From an uncultured Bacteroidales bacterium (lineage in GTDB: Bacteria; Bacteroidota; Bacteroidia; Bacteroidales; JAAUTT01), in NCBI GenBank assembly GCA_964478555.1, contig CAYZNC010000001.1, positions 1 to 59,680 on the forward strand: a stretch of 59,680 nucleotides of DNA, in the 5' to 3' direction. Both the position numbers and the translations under genes were made by a program. Position 1 is the stretch's first letter. Every line of letters begins with the position of its first letter. Positions 1 to 10,082 of this stretch are shown here, piece by piece. A model generated the notes under the pieces. That model worked only from the letters and a program-made list of their open reading frames with translations. It ran no database searches and was not told where the DNA came from.

Positions 1-3000
1 AGATTTGATCTCAATACCTTTACCTATTTCAACTTACAAAAAAATAAGATTAATGGTTTTCCTGAATCAGACATCAGGGCAATTATTGAATATGCACCAG
101 GAATGCTGCTTGTTGGAACCTATAATAAGGGACTTCTGATTTATAATACCGTTACTGAGAAGTTTGACTCTGTGTATTTTAACTCGTCCTTCAATTTGTC
201 AAAATCCTATGTTCATTGCCTTTATCTTGATAAGACCGGGGCAATTTGGATAGGTACTTTTAATGGTTTATTCAGCATAAAATATTTAGGTAAGCAAATA
301 AATAAATTTGAATTACTTAATAGGTTCGATCACAGTAATATCAACTACTTGGTTAGTAGCGAAGTTGTTAGTATTATGGAATCTAAAACAGGGGTAATCT
401 GGTTCCTTACTATGTCAGAAATCGCATGCTTTAATACATTAACCAAACAGATCAAAACTTTTGCAATTTATGAGGCCAACACATCATTCACTTTTATAGA
501 TGATAAAAGAATTTTGATAGGTTGTTTTGGAACAGGCCTTAAAATATTCAATACTGAAACTTTTAAATTTGAGGTTATTCGGATTAAAGGAATCTCTGAA
601 AAATCACTGGTCAGATATGTATTTAAGGACAACCAATCAAATATATGGCTAAGTATTTCCAATGTTGGTTTAATACTTTTGGAGTCTGATCTTAAAAAAC
701 CCCAAATAACGGTTATTTCAGATAAAGACCTAAAATACGCTGATTTAAATTCTAATGTTATTTACCAAATAGGTGAATCAAGAGACGGTGCATTGTGGAT
801 ATGTAGCGAAGAAGGGGTAAATATGATGTATCTGAAAAAGAATTTTTTTAAATCCTACTCATGCAATATATCTGATCATAATACTGAAATGGCAACAGGA
901 ATAAGAGCTTTGTTAAATTCAGGAAATGGATTTATCTGGACAGGAACAATTGGGGGTGGATTGAAGCAATTCAATTTGGCTTCCCAAAAATTTACTGATG
1001 TATCATTGGTAAACCAAGGCAAAGCTATTGGAAAAAATATCCAGGCAATGATGGGCGATCATCAAGGTAATTTATGGTTAGGAACAGAAGGAGAGGGTGT
1101 TATAAAATTTATACCTGAAAAAAGCTTTGGATATTCCAGGGGAACTACAATCAATTACAGAATTTATCCAAAATCATTTCCCCCTCAGGGCTTACTTAAT
1201 GATTTTATTATGTGTTTATTAGAGGACAGGCACAAAAATATTTGGATAGGAACATGGCAAGGACTAAGTTTAATAGATTCCACTGAGCTGGAAAAACCAG
1301 ATCAATCAAAAGCGATCATTAAGAACTTTGTAAATAACTCCCTGGATAAATCTTCAATTAGCAATAACATTGTTATGAGTTTGTTGGAGGACAATTTCGG
1401 AAACATTTGGGTAGGAACCCAGGAAGGACTTAATAAAATTACAAAAACATCCAAAGGTTATAAATTTGAACACAATTATAGAAATAACATCGAGACGCTT
1501 CTTTCTGAGAAAAAAATACTGGTTTCCTACCAAAGCAAAAATGGCCTCTTGTGGTTTTCAACCCAGGATGGTGGAATTGCCTGGTTAGACACAAAAACTG
1601 GCATTTTTGACGAGTTCAATTCAGATAATGGCTTTCACGATAATATTATTAATTCAATTTCTGAAGATCCTTTTGGAAATCTTTGGCTTGGTACTAATAA
1701 TGGCTTATGCAGGTTTGATCCATCAAGTCGTTCATTTAACAATTACACAACAGAAGATGGCCTTATATCAGATGATTTCTTATTTGCATCGAATTGCAAA
1801 GTCGGCGATAACCAATATTTTGGAGGAAATAGGGGCTTTACAGTTTTTGACCCAAAAGAAATTGTTCCTTCAACTTTCAAACCCAATCTGGTATTTACCG
1901 ATTTTAGGTTGTTCAATAAACCTGTAGTTATTAATACGAAAGGGTCTCCTTTGAAACAGCAAATATGTTTTGAAAAATCTATAACGCTCAAGTACGATCA
2001 GAATTTCATAACCATAGCTTTTGCAGCATTGGATTATAAACAACAAAAGGAAATACAATATTCCTGCATGATGGAAGGGCTGGTGACTACCTGGAATAAT
2101 TTAGGAAAGGAAAAAAAGGTAACTTACACTAACATTGTGCCTGGCCGTTATATGTTTAAAGTAAAGGCATATAGTTCCGACGACTACAATAATGCTTCAT
2201 ATATTGCTTTAGAAATTTTGGTGAAACCCCCTTTTTGGAAAACATTATGGGCATATATGATATATATGGTCCTGATAATTTTTGCGTTGATCCAGGTTTA
2301 TGTTTTTTTTCTTAATAAAGAAAAGCGGAAAAATTCTTTAGCTTTAGAACGTTTGAATGCCAAGAGGATACATGAATTGGATCTGATGCGGTTGCAGTTT
2401 TTTACAAACATTAGTCATGAATTTCGTACCCCATTGACCTTGCTTTCGGCTCCTCTTGAGTCATTAATGCATGAAAAACCTGAACCTGCAAAGGTCCTGT
2501 CGTATTATCAGTTAATGCTTAAAAACGTCCAAAGATTAACAAGGCTGATTGACCAGTTGCTCGATTTGAGAAAAATAGAAGAAGGTTATCTGAAGATGGA
2601 ATGGAAACAGGGTGACATTATCGAATTTATTCAAAAGACAGTAAATACTTTTCAGAATTATGCGGAAAAACGAAATATTTATTTTACATTCCACTCCGCT
2701 AATTCACAATTATTTACTTTTTTCGATGCTGATAAGTTAGATAAGATCCTGTTTAATCTTCTTTCAAATGCCTTTAAGTATACTCCGGATTATGGAATTG
2801 TCTCATTAAAGCTGGAAGAGAAAGATCCTTCTGCAATGCCATATCAAGGATTGACCGAAAAGTATCTTGAAATTAAGTTATCCGATTCTGGTATCGGGAT
2901 TCCAAAGGAATCAATAGTTAAAATATTCAACCCTTTTCAGCAGGTAAAAAAAAATAAGCCCATTGGAAGCGCTACAACTGGAATAGGTCTTTCGTTGACA

Positions 3001-3975
3001 AAAGAATTGGTAAACCTGCATAAGGGTTTTATTATTGTAGAGAGTGAGGTAAATAAAGGCTCAATTTTTACGGTTTATATGCCTATTTATGAAAACAACC
3101 CGCAAAAGGATATACAAATCAGTAATAACCAGGGAAACCCTGATGAATTGGTTAATGAAGAGATACCTGAATCAGTAGAACAAAATGGAAATTCCAAGGT
3201 AAAAACATCTGTGTCAAAACCTTTAGTGTTGATTGTTGAAGACAATTCGGAATTAAGAGCATTTCTTAAGGGTGAGCTGGAAGTGAGTTATCGCATAATC
3301 GAATCTGCCAACGGCCAAGAAGGTATTGATCAGGCAATTAATAAAATTCCTGATTTAATAGTCAGTGATATTATGATGGATAAAATAGATGGTATTGAAC
3401 TATGCGGAAAACTTAAGGTTGATGAACGTACAAGCCATATTCCCATAATTCTTTTAACGGCAAGGCATTCGGAAGATATAAAACTGGATAGTTATGAAAT
3501 TGGTGCTGATGATTATATTACTAAGCCTTTCAATACAAATTTATTACGTTCCAGGATAAAAAATTTAATAGAACAACGCCGTAAACTGCGTACACTTTTT
3601 GGCAAGGGCATTAATTTTGATTCTTCTGCAATAACAACCAACAAAATTGACTCACAGTTTGTAGAAAAACTTATTCAGGATATTGAAAAAAATATAGAAA
3701 ATCCGGATTTCGATCCGTCAATGTTAGCCTCAAATATGGCTATGAGCAGGATGCAGCTTTATCGTAAAGTTGCTGCATTGACAAATCAAACTGTCTATAA
3801 TTTAATCCGGACCATTAGATTAAACAAAGCTGCCCAATTCCTTATTACCACAGATATGCAAATTTCCGCAATCGCGTTATCAGTTGGTTATACCGAACCT
3901 TCCAATTTCACAAAATGCTTTATGCGGCAGTTTAATCAAACCCCAAGTCAATTCGTTCGTTCTAATCGAAAATAG
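1..3975 (+). CDS. Hybrid two-component system (HTCS) sensor histidine kinase/response regulator with AraC-type HTH output; 5' end lies outside the window
   Basis: Frame 1 is open from nt 1 (no stop before the first ATG at 103), so the gene is cut by the window edge. Periplasmic beta-propeller-type repeats (recurrent WIGT/WLGT/WVGT), Y_Y_Y-like module (YSCMMEGL...GRYMFKVKAY), one TM helix, H-box FFTNISHEFRTPLTL, ATP-lid TGIGLSLTKELV, receiver LVLIVEDN...DLIVSDIMMDKIDG, C-terminal AraC HTH (GYTEPSNFTKCFMRQFNQTPSQF). Confidence 0.93.
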   Translation, partial: RFDLNTFTYFNLQKNKINGFPESDIRAIIEYAPGMLLVGTYNKGLLIYNTVTEKFDSVYFNSSFNLSKSYVHCLYLDKTGAIWIGTFNGLFSIKYLGKQINKFELLNRFDHSNINYLVSSEVVSIMESKTGVIWFLTMSEIACFNTLTKQIKTFAIYEANTSFTFIDDKRILIGCFGTGLKIFNTETFKFEVIRIKGISEKSLVRYVFKDNQSNIWLSISNVGLILLESDLKKPQITVISDKDLKYADLNSNVIYQIGESRDGALWICSEEGVNMMYLKKNFFKSYSCNISDHNTEMATGIRALLNSGNGFIWTGTIGGGLKQFNLASQKFTDVSLVNQGKAIGKNIQAMMGDHQGNLWLGTEGEGVIKFIPEKSFGYSRGTTINYRIYPKSFPPQGLLNDFIMCLLEDRHKNIWIGTWQGLSLIDSTELEKPDQSKAIIKNFVNNSLDKSSISNNIVMSLLEDNFGNIWVGTQEGLNKITKTSKGYKFEHNYRNNIETLLSEKKILVSYQSKNGLLWFSTQDGGIAWLDTKTGIFDEFNSDNGFHDNIINSISEDPFGNLWLGTNNGLCRFDPSSRSFNNYTTEDGLISDDFLFASNCKVGDNQYFGGNRGFTVFDPKEIVPSTFKPNLVFTDFRLFNKPVVINTKGSPLKQQICFEKSITLKYDQNFITIAFAALDYKQQKEIQYSCMMEGLVTTWNNLGKEKKVTYTNIVPGRYMFKVKAYSSDDYNNASYIALEILVKPPFWKTLWAYMIYMVLIIFALIQVYVFFLNKEKRKNSLALERLNAKRIHELDLMRLQFFTNISHEFRTPLTLLSAPLESLMHEKPEPAKVLSYYQLMLKNVQRLTRLIDQLLDLRKIEEGYLKMEWKQGDIIEFIQKTVNTFQNYAEKRNIYFTFHSANSQLFTFFDADKLDKILFNLLSNAFKYTPDYGIVSLKLEEKDPSAMPYQGLTEKYLEIKLSDSGIGIPKESIVKIFNPFQQVKKNKPIGSATTGIGLSLTKELVNLHKGFIIVESEVNKGSIFTVYMPIYENNPQKDIQISNNQGNPDELVNEEIPESVEQNGNSKVKTSVSKPLVLIVEDNSELRAFLKGELEVSYRIIESANGQEGIDQAINKIPDLIVSDIMMDKIDGIELCGKLKVDERTSHIPIILLTARHSEDIKLDSYEIGADDYITKPFNTNLLRSRIKNLIEQRRKLRTLFGKGINFDSSAITTNKIDSQFVEKLIQDIEKNIENPDFDPSMLASNMAMSRMQLYRKVAALTNQTVYNLIRTIRLNKAAQFLITTDMQISAIALSVGYTEPSNFTKCFMRQFNQTPSQFVRSNRK

Positions 3976-4139
3976 TTAATTGATCTCTTGGCTGTGCCGC
4001 TATAAAAGACTAGCATTGATAACAATAGATTAATTTTTTTCATCTTTTTTATTAAGTAAACGCTGTTGCTAAAAATCAAAAGCTTAAGCTTATTTACTTC
4101 AAAAGTAATCTTACCTGCCTGGGTTTTATTTATTAGAGC

Positions 4140-4246
4140 GTAACAAAGAATTATCTATGGGTAACAAATTAGCTGTAGAATCTCAATTTCGCAAACAGTT
4201 AACTTGACTCTTACTCGTTTGTTACCCTGATACCATTTTTTGTTAC
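4140..4246. promoter_or_regulatory. Candidate operator array: four copies of octamer GTAACAAA, two direct and two inverted, each pair phased at exactly 21 bp
   Basis: GTAACAAA at 4140-4147 and 4161-4168. TTTGTTAC at 4218-4225 and 4239-4246. The inner pair extends to a perfect 10-bp inverted repeat GGGTAACAAA (4159-4168) / TTTGTTACCC (4218-4227). It lies in the 958-bp non-coding gap between the HTCS stop and the first SusC start. Function is inferred only. Confidence 0.35.
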
Positions 4247-4933
4247 TTACCGATAACTGGCAAAGTCTATCAGCAAATACCTTTGGCAAACTACTTAAAA
4301 TTCGAAAAATTATTACCTAACTAAATTAAACACTATGAAAAAATCTACTTTATTACTATTATTAATAATGAAGTTATCAATGATAATGGTAACCCAGCCA
4401 TTAAGAGACCGGTAACACTGTTGAAAAAGGTATTTGAGCAGATGTTTCTGATTGGAGGCTCCTCCCGGATTTTTGTACTCACATTATGAATGTCGCGCGC
4501 TATAAATTATTGAATAGTCATTTTTAAAATACACTTTAACTAGATGAAAGCCCAGTATTGCGACAGAAAGGGGACGTCATCGAAATAAAATAATCAGAGC
4601 GCAGATATTACTCAATAAATAAATGCTACCGAGTTGAACACCTTAGTTTTTATCAGACAACTGATCTGCATGCCTATATACTCTTACAAGTGATCTTGTG
4701 AAAGTTGTATGCACAACTTTTAAAAACGCTAAATTATTTAATGAATGAGATTACTAACCTTAAATCAAAGCTTATGATTACAATTAATGACAGCTAATCG
4801 CGCATTTTTTATGATAGATTTATTTGAAGCAGAGGATTTCTTTAAGAGATTTTCTTGCTAAAGTAAATTCATATTTTATCATTATTTGATAATAAGAGAT
4901 AGAATAAATTAAATCAATTTAATTAACAGTATA

Positions 4934-7900
4934 ATGGATAAAAAAATCAAAATATTATATAGAGCAGTTTCCTGGTTAAGGGATCGAAGGAAATCCTTGC
5001 AGACAAGATTTTTGTTCTTATTAATCTTTCTATGCAGCACGTCGGTATTTGCTCAAAATAATCGTACAATCAAGGGGTTGATTGTGGATGATAAACAAGA
5101 GCCTGTCATTGGAGCGACCATAGTACTTAAAGATAAACCAACTTTAGGGACTGTTACAGACCTCAATGGTGAGTTTTCTTTAAATATTCCCTCAGGGAAA
5201 CAGGTATTGGTAGTTTCCTACATAGGTATGGAAAAACAAGAAGTAGAGGTTACTGATCAGGATTATTTGAAAGTTGCTTTGAAGAACAGTGTTACCCAAC
5301 TGGACGATGTTATTGTAGTCGGTTTTGGAAAACAGAAAAAGGAAAGTGTAGTTGGGGCAATAACGCAAACAACGGGTGATGTACTGGAAAGGGCAGGAGG
5401 AGTTTCCAGTGTGGGAGCGGCATTAACAGGTAATTTGCCAGGTGTGATCACCTCCGCCAGTACAGGGATGCCAGGTGAAGAAGATCCTTCTATTGTAATT
5501 CGCGGACGGAGTACATGGAATAATTCAGATCCGCTAATTCTTGTGGACGGTGTTGAGCGTCCTATTAGTAGTGTGGATATTAACTCAGTGGAGTCTATCT
5601 CCGTATTGAAAGATGCTTCGGCTACCGCTGTATTTGGGGTAAGAGGAGGTAACGGTGTAATTCTTATTACCACCAAAAGGGGACGTGAAGGAAAAGCCGC
5701 AATCAGAGTAGGGATAAATTCTACAGCGAAAGTTCCTTCCAAATTACCCGGTAAATACGATTCTTATGATGCACTGCGAATCCGCAATGAGGCAATTGAG
5801 AACGAACTGAGTTTGAACCCCTCTAGCTGGAATGATTATCTTTCGCAAGACATTCTTAATAAATACCGTAATCCGGCTAATGCGGCAGAAGCAGAACGTT
5901 ATCCGAATGTAGACTGGACAAAAGCGTTGTTCAAAGATTTCGCTATGTCGTATAATGCCAATATTGATGTAACCGGAGGTACCAAATTTGTAAAATACTT
6001 TGCAAGTGCAGATTTCCTGCGTGAAGGGGACCTTTTCAAAGAATATACCAATGATAGAGGTTATAAGCCTGGTTATGGCTTTAATCGACTGAATGTTCGT
6101 AGTAACCTGGATTTTCAATTAACCCCTACCACTACTTTTAGAGTTAATCTTGCCGGTTCACGTGGAGTAAAAAAAAGTCCATGGGGCGCGAGTAGTAGTG
6201 ATTACTCCTATTGGATAGCAGCCTACTCAACACCGCCGGATGTTTTTTTACCGCAATATGCTGATGGTACATGGGGATATTATGCTCCGAATGAACAAAA
6301 AGGATTGAATTCGGTAAGAATTTTGGCCATTAGTGGACTTGAGTACACTACAACTAATCGTATCACTACTGATTTTACACTTGATCAGGATCTGAAAATG
6401 CTGGTAAAAGGCCTTAATTTTAAAGGAACCATTTCTCTGGACAACACCTTTGTGGAATATAACAGAGGGGTTAATGATCTGTACAATGATGCACAAAGCA
6501 AGTGGATAGATCCTGCAACCGGGCTTACTACCTATAAGAATTCTTTTGATGGAACCAACCGGTTTGATTTCCAGGAAGGTATAAATTGGACTACCAATGG
6601 TGGAACTGTGCAGGATTGGTCAACCTACCGGAAACTTTTTTATCAACTTCAGCTTAACTATGGGGTTAAACTAGGGAAACACGACATTACTGCCATGGGG
6701 CTTTTCAGTCGTAATCAATATGCTACCGGAAATATAGTACCAAGCTACCGTGAGGACTGGGTTTTCCGTGCCACCTATAAATTTGCCAATAAATACATGA
6801 TTGAGTATAATGGTGCCTATAATGGTTCGGAACAGTTTAGCCCAAGTAACCGTTTTGCGTTCTTTTCCTCAGGAGGTTTGGGTTGGATGGTCTCTCAGGA
6901 GAATTTCATGAAATCCCTCACATTTATTGACATGCTTAAAATACGTGGTTCTTATGGTGCCATAGGCGATGATGGTAATAATGGTAATGCTAATCCAGCC
7001 AATCGATTTCTCTATCTTGACCAGTGGTCTTATGGAGGTCAGGCCTTAATGGGTGTAACCGGTGAAACAGCAGAGAGTAGTCCATACGTTTGGTACAAAC
7101 AAACGACGATTGGAAATCCTAATGTACATTGGGAAAAGGTAAAGAAAACCAATATAGGTGCAGATTTTGCATTTCTCAAAGGTTTTATAGCCGGCAATGT
7201 AGATTTTTTCCAGGATAAACGTTCGGATATTCTTATAGCCTCGGCTAATAGATCAATTCCTTCTTATTTTGGTGCAACAGCCCCCACTGCTAACCTGGGG
7301 AAAGTAACAACGAAAGGATATGAGTTGGAGGTTCGTTTTAACCGCAACCTTGGTAAAAACTTGCGATTGTACGCAAACCTTAATATGACTCATTCAAAAA
7401 ATAAAATAATTGAGGCGGATGACGCTCAATTATTACCTGATTATCAGAAAATGGCGGGAAAACAGATTGGACAGACATATTCTTATGTGAGTAATGGCTA
7501 TTATAATAGTTGGGACCAGCTTTATGGTAGTACCATACAAAGCTCAAATGATAATCAAAAATTACCTGGCAACTACAATATTATTGATTATAATGGTGAT
7601 GGTGTTATTGATTCTAAGGATAATGTTCCGTATGGTTATTCTTCAATTCCGCAAAATACATACAATGCAACTATTGGCTTTGACTGGAAAGGTTTTAGTG
7701 GTTTTGTGCAGTTCTATGGTGTGAACAACGTAACACGTCAGGTAGTATTCACTAGCTTAGGAGGACAAAGCGATTTAGTTTATGAGGAAGGTAGTTACTG
7801 GTCTAGAGATAATACTAATGCCGATTCTCCAATGCCGCGATGGCTTTCTACTCCCAGTGAATACAACAGTGGTAACCGGTATATGTATGATGGGTCGTAT

Positions 7901-8128
7901 GTTCGCCTGAAGAATGCAGAAATCGCTTATACCTTTGGTAAGAGCTGGGGCTGGGTAAAAAAAGCCAGGATTGAAAAAATGCGGATTTATTTAAACGGGA
8001 ATAACCTCTGGGTATGGACCAAAATGCCGGACGATAGAGAATCTAATTTTGCCGGCACAGGATGGGCATCACAAGGGGCTTACCCAACAGTGAAACGCTA
8101 TAACCTGGGTCTTAATATTACTTTCTAA
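4934..8128 (+). CDS. SusC-like TonB-dependent outer-membrane transporter (first of tandem pair; XusA position)
   Basis: 1064 aa. Signal peptide ending VFAQ. Carboxypeptidase-regulatory-like N-domain (IKGLIVDDKQEPVIGATIVLKD...TDLNGEFSL). Plug motifs (DDVIVVGFGKQKKESVVGAI, ISVLKDASATAVFGVRGGNGVILITTKRG). Long barrel ending in aromatic residue (LGLNITF). A SusD-like gene follows 11 nt downstream. Confidence 0.95.
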   Translation: MDKKIKILYRAVSWLRDRRKSLQTRFLFLLIFLCSTSVFAQNNRTIKGLIVDDKQEPVIGATIVLKDKPTLGTVTDLNGEFSLNIPSGKQVLVVSYIGMEKQEVEVTDQDYLKVALKNSVTQLDDVIVVGFGKQKKESVVGAITQTTGDVLERAGGVSSVGAALTGNLPGVITSASTGMPGEEDPSIVIRGRSTWNNSDPLILVDGVERPISSVDINSVESISVLKDASATAVFGVRGGNGVILITTKRGREGKAAIRVGINSTAKVPSKLPGKYDSYDALRIRNEAIENELSLNPSSWNDYLSQDILNKYRNPANAAEAERYPNVDWTKALFKDFAMSYNANIDVTGGTKFVKYFASADFLREGDLFKEYTNDRGYKPGYGFNRLNVRSNLDFQLTPTTTFRVNLAGSRGVKKSPWGASSSDYSYWIAAYSTPPDVFLPQYADGTWGYYAPNEQKGLNSVRILAISGLEYTTTNRITTDFTLDQDLKMLVKGLNFKGTISLDNTFVEYNRGVNDLYNDAQSKWIDPATGLTTYKNSFDGTNRFDFQEGINWTTNGGTVQDWSTYRKLFYQLQLNYGVKLGKHDITAMGLFSRNQYATGNIVPSYREDWVFRATYKFANKYMIEYNGAYNGSEQFSPSNRFAFFSSGGLGWMVSQENFMKSLTFIDMLKIRGSYGAIGDDGNNGNANPANRFLYLDQWSYGGQALMGVTGETAESSPYVWYKQTTIGNPNVHWEKVKKTNIGADFAFLKGFIAGNVDFFQDKRSDILIASANRSIPSYFGATAPTANLGKVTTKGYELEVRFNRNLGKNLRLYANLNMTHSKNKIIEADDAQLLPDYQKMAGKQIGQTYSYVSNGYYNSWDQLYGSTIQSSNDNQKLPGNYNIIDYNGDGVIDSKDNVPYGYSSIPQNTYNATIGFDWKGFSGFVQFYGVNNVTRQVVFTSLGGQSDLVYEEGSYWSRDNTNADSPMPRWLSTPSEYNSGNRYMYDGSYVRLKNAEIAYTFGKSWGWVKKARIEKMRIYLNGNNLWVWTKMPDDRESNFAGTGWASQGAYPTVKRYNLGLNITF

Positions 8129-8139
8129 ATTATGCTAAA

Positions 8140-10041
8140 ATGAAAAAGTATATAAATATAAAAAACATTTTGTGGTGCAGCGTTATTTTGGCAATGCTCG
8201 CAATGACCTCCTGCAAAAAATATCTGGATAAATCCCCTGATACTATTATATCGGGAGATGATGCTTTTAAAAACTTTACAAATTTCCAGGGTTTTACGGA
8301 AGAACTCTACAATTGTATTCCTGATTTCTCCAATGCGTATTGGACAAATTCTTGGAACTGGGGAGATGACGAAATACAGAGCACTGTTAATAATTTTCAC
8401 TTTATATGTAAAATAGAAAACGGGAATTTCTGGGGATGGCAGCGGGAATATGATGGCTGGCAGGCCGGGTGGATGGATAGATATACAAATCTTACTACTA
8501 ACCCATCGAATACCGGTAATGAGCGATTTTACAAATCTTTGTGGGGATTAGGTTGGTATGCGGTACGCAAAGCAAATGTTGGCCTTGCAAATATGGATAA
8601 AATGACTGATGCCACCGACGAAGAAAAGAACCTGGTTAAGGGACAGTTATTGTTTTTCAGGGGTTGGTTTCAGTTTATGTTTATGCAATATTTTGGGGGA
8701 CTTCCTTATATTGATCAGGTACTGCCCGCTGATCAGAAATTAACATTGCCACGTCTCAAGTACCAGAAATGTGCCGATAAGGCAGCTCAGGATTTCAGGG
8801 CAGCCGCTGATTTATTGCCAGTCAATTGGGACAATACCACTGCAGGAAAAAGAACGCTGGGGAAGAATGCGCTACGCATCAATAAGATCATGGCTTTAGG
8901 GTATTTGGGTAAAGACTACCTGTGGGCTGGCAGTCCGCTGATGAATTATGAATCAACCGGAAACACAGCCTATAATGAAGAATATTGCAAAAAAGCGGCT
9001 GCGGCATTTGCAGAGTTATTAAACTTATGCGAAAGTGGGCAAGCCCCCTATCAATTGGTTGACTTTTCAAAAGTATATCTTAATTTTTATACAACTGGCG
9101 ATAATTGGGCTATGCCTGGGAGTACAGAGGCCATTTTCAGGGGCCCCTATTATGAGGCAAATGCTTCAAATTGGGGAACCAGTAAGCAATATATGCCTGC
9201 AATTATTGGAGGGGGCGATGTTAAATTTTTACCCACCGCCAATTATGTAGATTATTATGGAATGGCTAACGGACTGCCGATTACCGATCCCACCAAAGCC
9301 GATGCTGAATCAGGTTATGACCCTGAATATCCATGGCGTGGTCGCGATCCGCGTTTTTATAATGATATTATATATGACGGAGTAAAATGTATACAGGGGA
9401 GTACAACAGATGAAGCTAACAGATATGCTAACCTTGGCACCAATGGAAGTTACCGGGATGTTAGTACAGGGAGCCGTACGGGATATGTGCTTCACAAATT
9501 CATCCCAATGACATGCAACAAATACGATAATGGATACGATTGGGGTAACAACCTGAATGTCCATCTTCCCTATATGCGACTGGCAGATATTTACCTGATG
9601 TATGCAGAAGCAGCTTTGATGGGTTATAATTCTCCTACCGGTATGGACCCTGGCTATAGCATGACAGCTGTTGATGCAGTGAATGTTATTCGCGACAGGG
9701 CTGGCGTTGGGCATGTGGCCAGTAAGTTTCTGGGCTCAGCAGACGCCTTTTTAGGCGAAGTAAGGCGTGAACGTGCAGTAGAACTTTCTTTTGAAGGCCT
9801 CCGTTTTAACGATCTGCGCCGTTGGTTATTACTAATTGAAAGTCCTTATACACTGAAAACTTCAGTTGAATTTGACAGGGCAGGTGTGCTAAATACTACT
9901 GATCCTACCCAAAACAGGGTGCTTAACTTACATGAGAATGTCATTTTGGAGCGTAAATTTACTACCAAACACTATTGGTTGCCCTTAAAAAATGTCGATT
10001 GCAATATGTATCTGGAATTTAAACAGAATCCAGGCTGGTAG
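8140..10041 (+). CDS. SusD/RagB-family outer-membrane lipoprotein (XusB position)
   Basis: 633 aa. Lipoprotein signal LAMLAMTSC. SusD C-terminal signature RRERAVELSFEGLRFNDLRRW. Ends NPGW. Immediately downstream of the SusC-like gene. Confidence 0.93.
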   Translation: MKKYINIKNILWCSVILAMLAMTSCKKYLDKSPDTIISGDDAFKNFTNFQGFTEELYNCIPDFSNAYWTNSWNWGDDEIQSTVNNFHFICKIENGNFWGWQREYDGWQAGWMDRYTNLTTNPSNTGNERFYKSLWGLGWYAVRKANVGLANMDKMTDATDEEKNLVKGQLLFFRGWFQFMFMQYFGGLPYIDQVLPADQKLTLPRLKYQKCADKAAQDFRAAADLLPVNWDNTTAGKRTLGKNALRINKIMALGYLGKDYLWAGSPLMNYESTGNTAYNEEYCKKAAAAFAELLNLCESGQAPYQLVDFSKVYLNFYTTGDNWAMPGSTEAIFRGPYYEANASNWGTSKQYMPAIIGGGDVKFLPTANYVDYYGMANGLPITDPTKADAESGYDPEYPWRGRDPRFYNDIIYDGVKCIQGSTTDEANRYANLGTNGSYRDVSTGSRTGYVLHKFIPMTCNKYDNGYDWGNNLNVHLPYMRLADIYLMYAEAALMGYNSPTGMDPGYSMTAVDAVNVIRDRAGVGHVASKFLGSADAFLGEVRRERAVELSFEGLRFNDLRRWLLLIESPYTLKTSVEFDRAGVLNTTDPTQNRVLNLHENVILERKFTTKHYWLPLKNVDCNMYLEFKQNPGW

Positions 10042-10082
10042 ACAGATTATGTTTAAAAAATTCATATAATCTAAACGTAAAA

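Noticed and set aside
5263-5742. 159-aa minus-strand ORF, and the similar 5744-6118 ORF
   Set aside because: Both lie entirely antisense within the well-supported SusC-like gene. Their composition is low-complexity (Pro/Thr/Ser-rich) with no start context. They are typical shadow ORFs.
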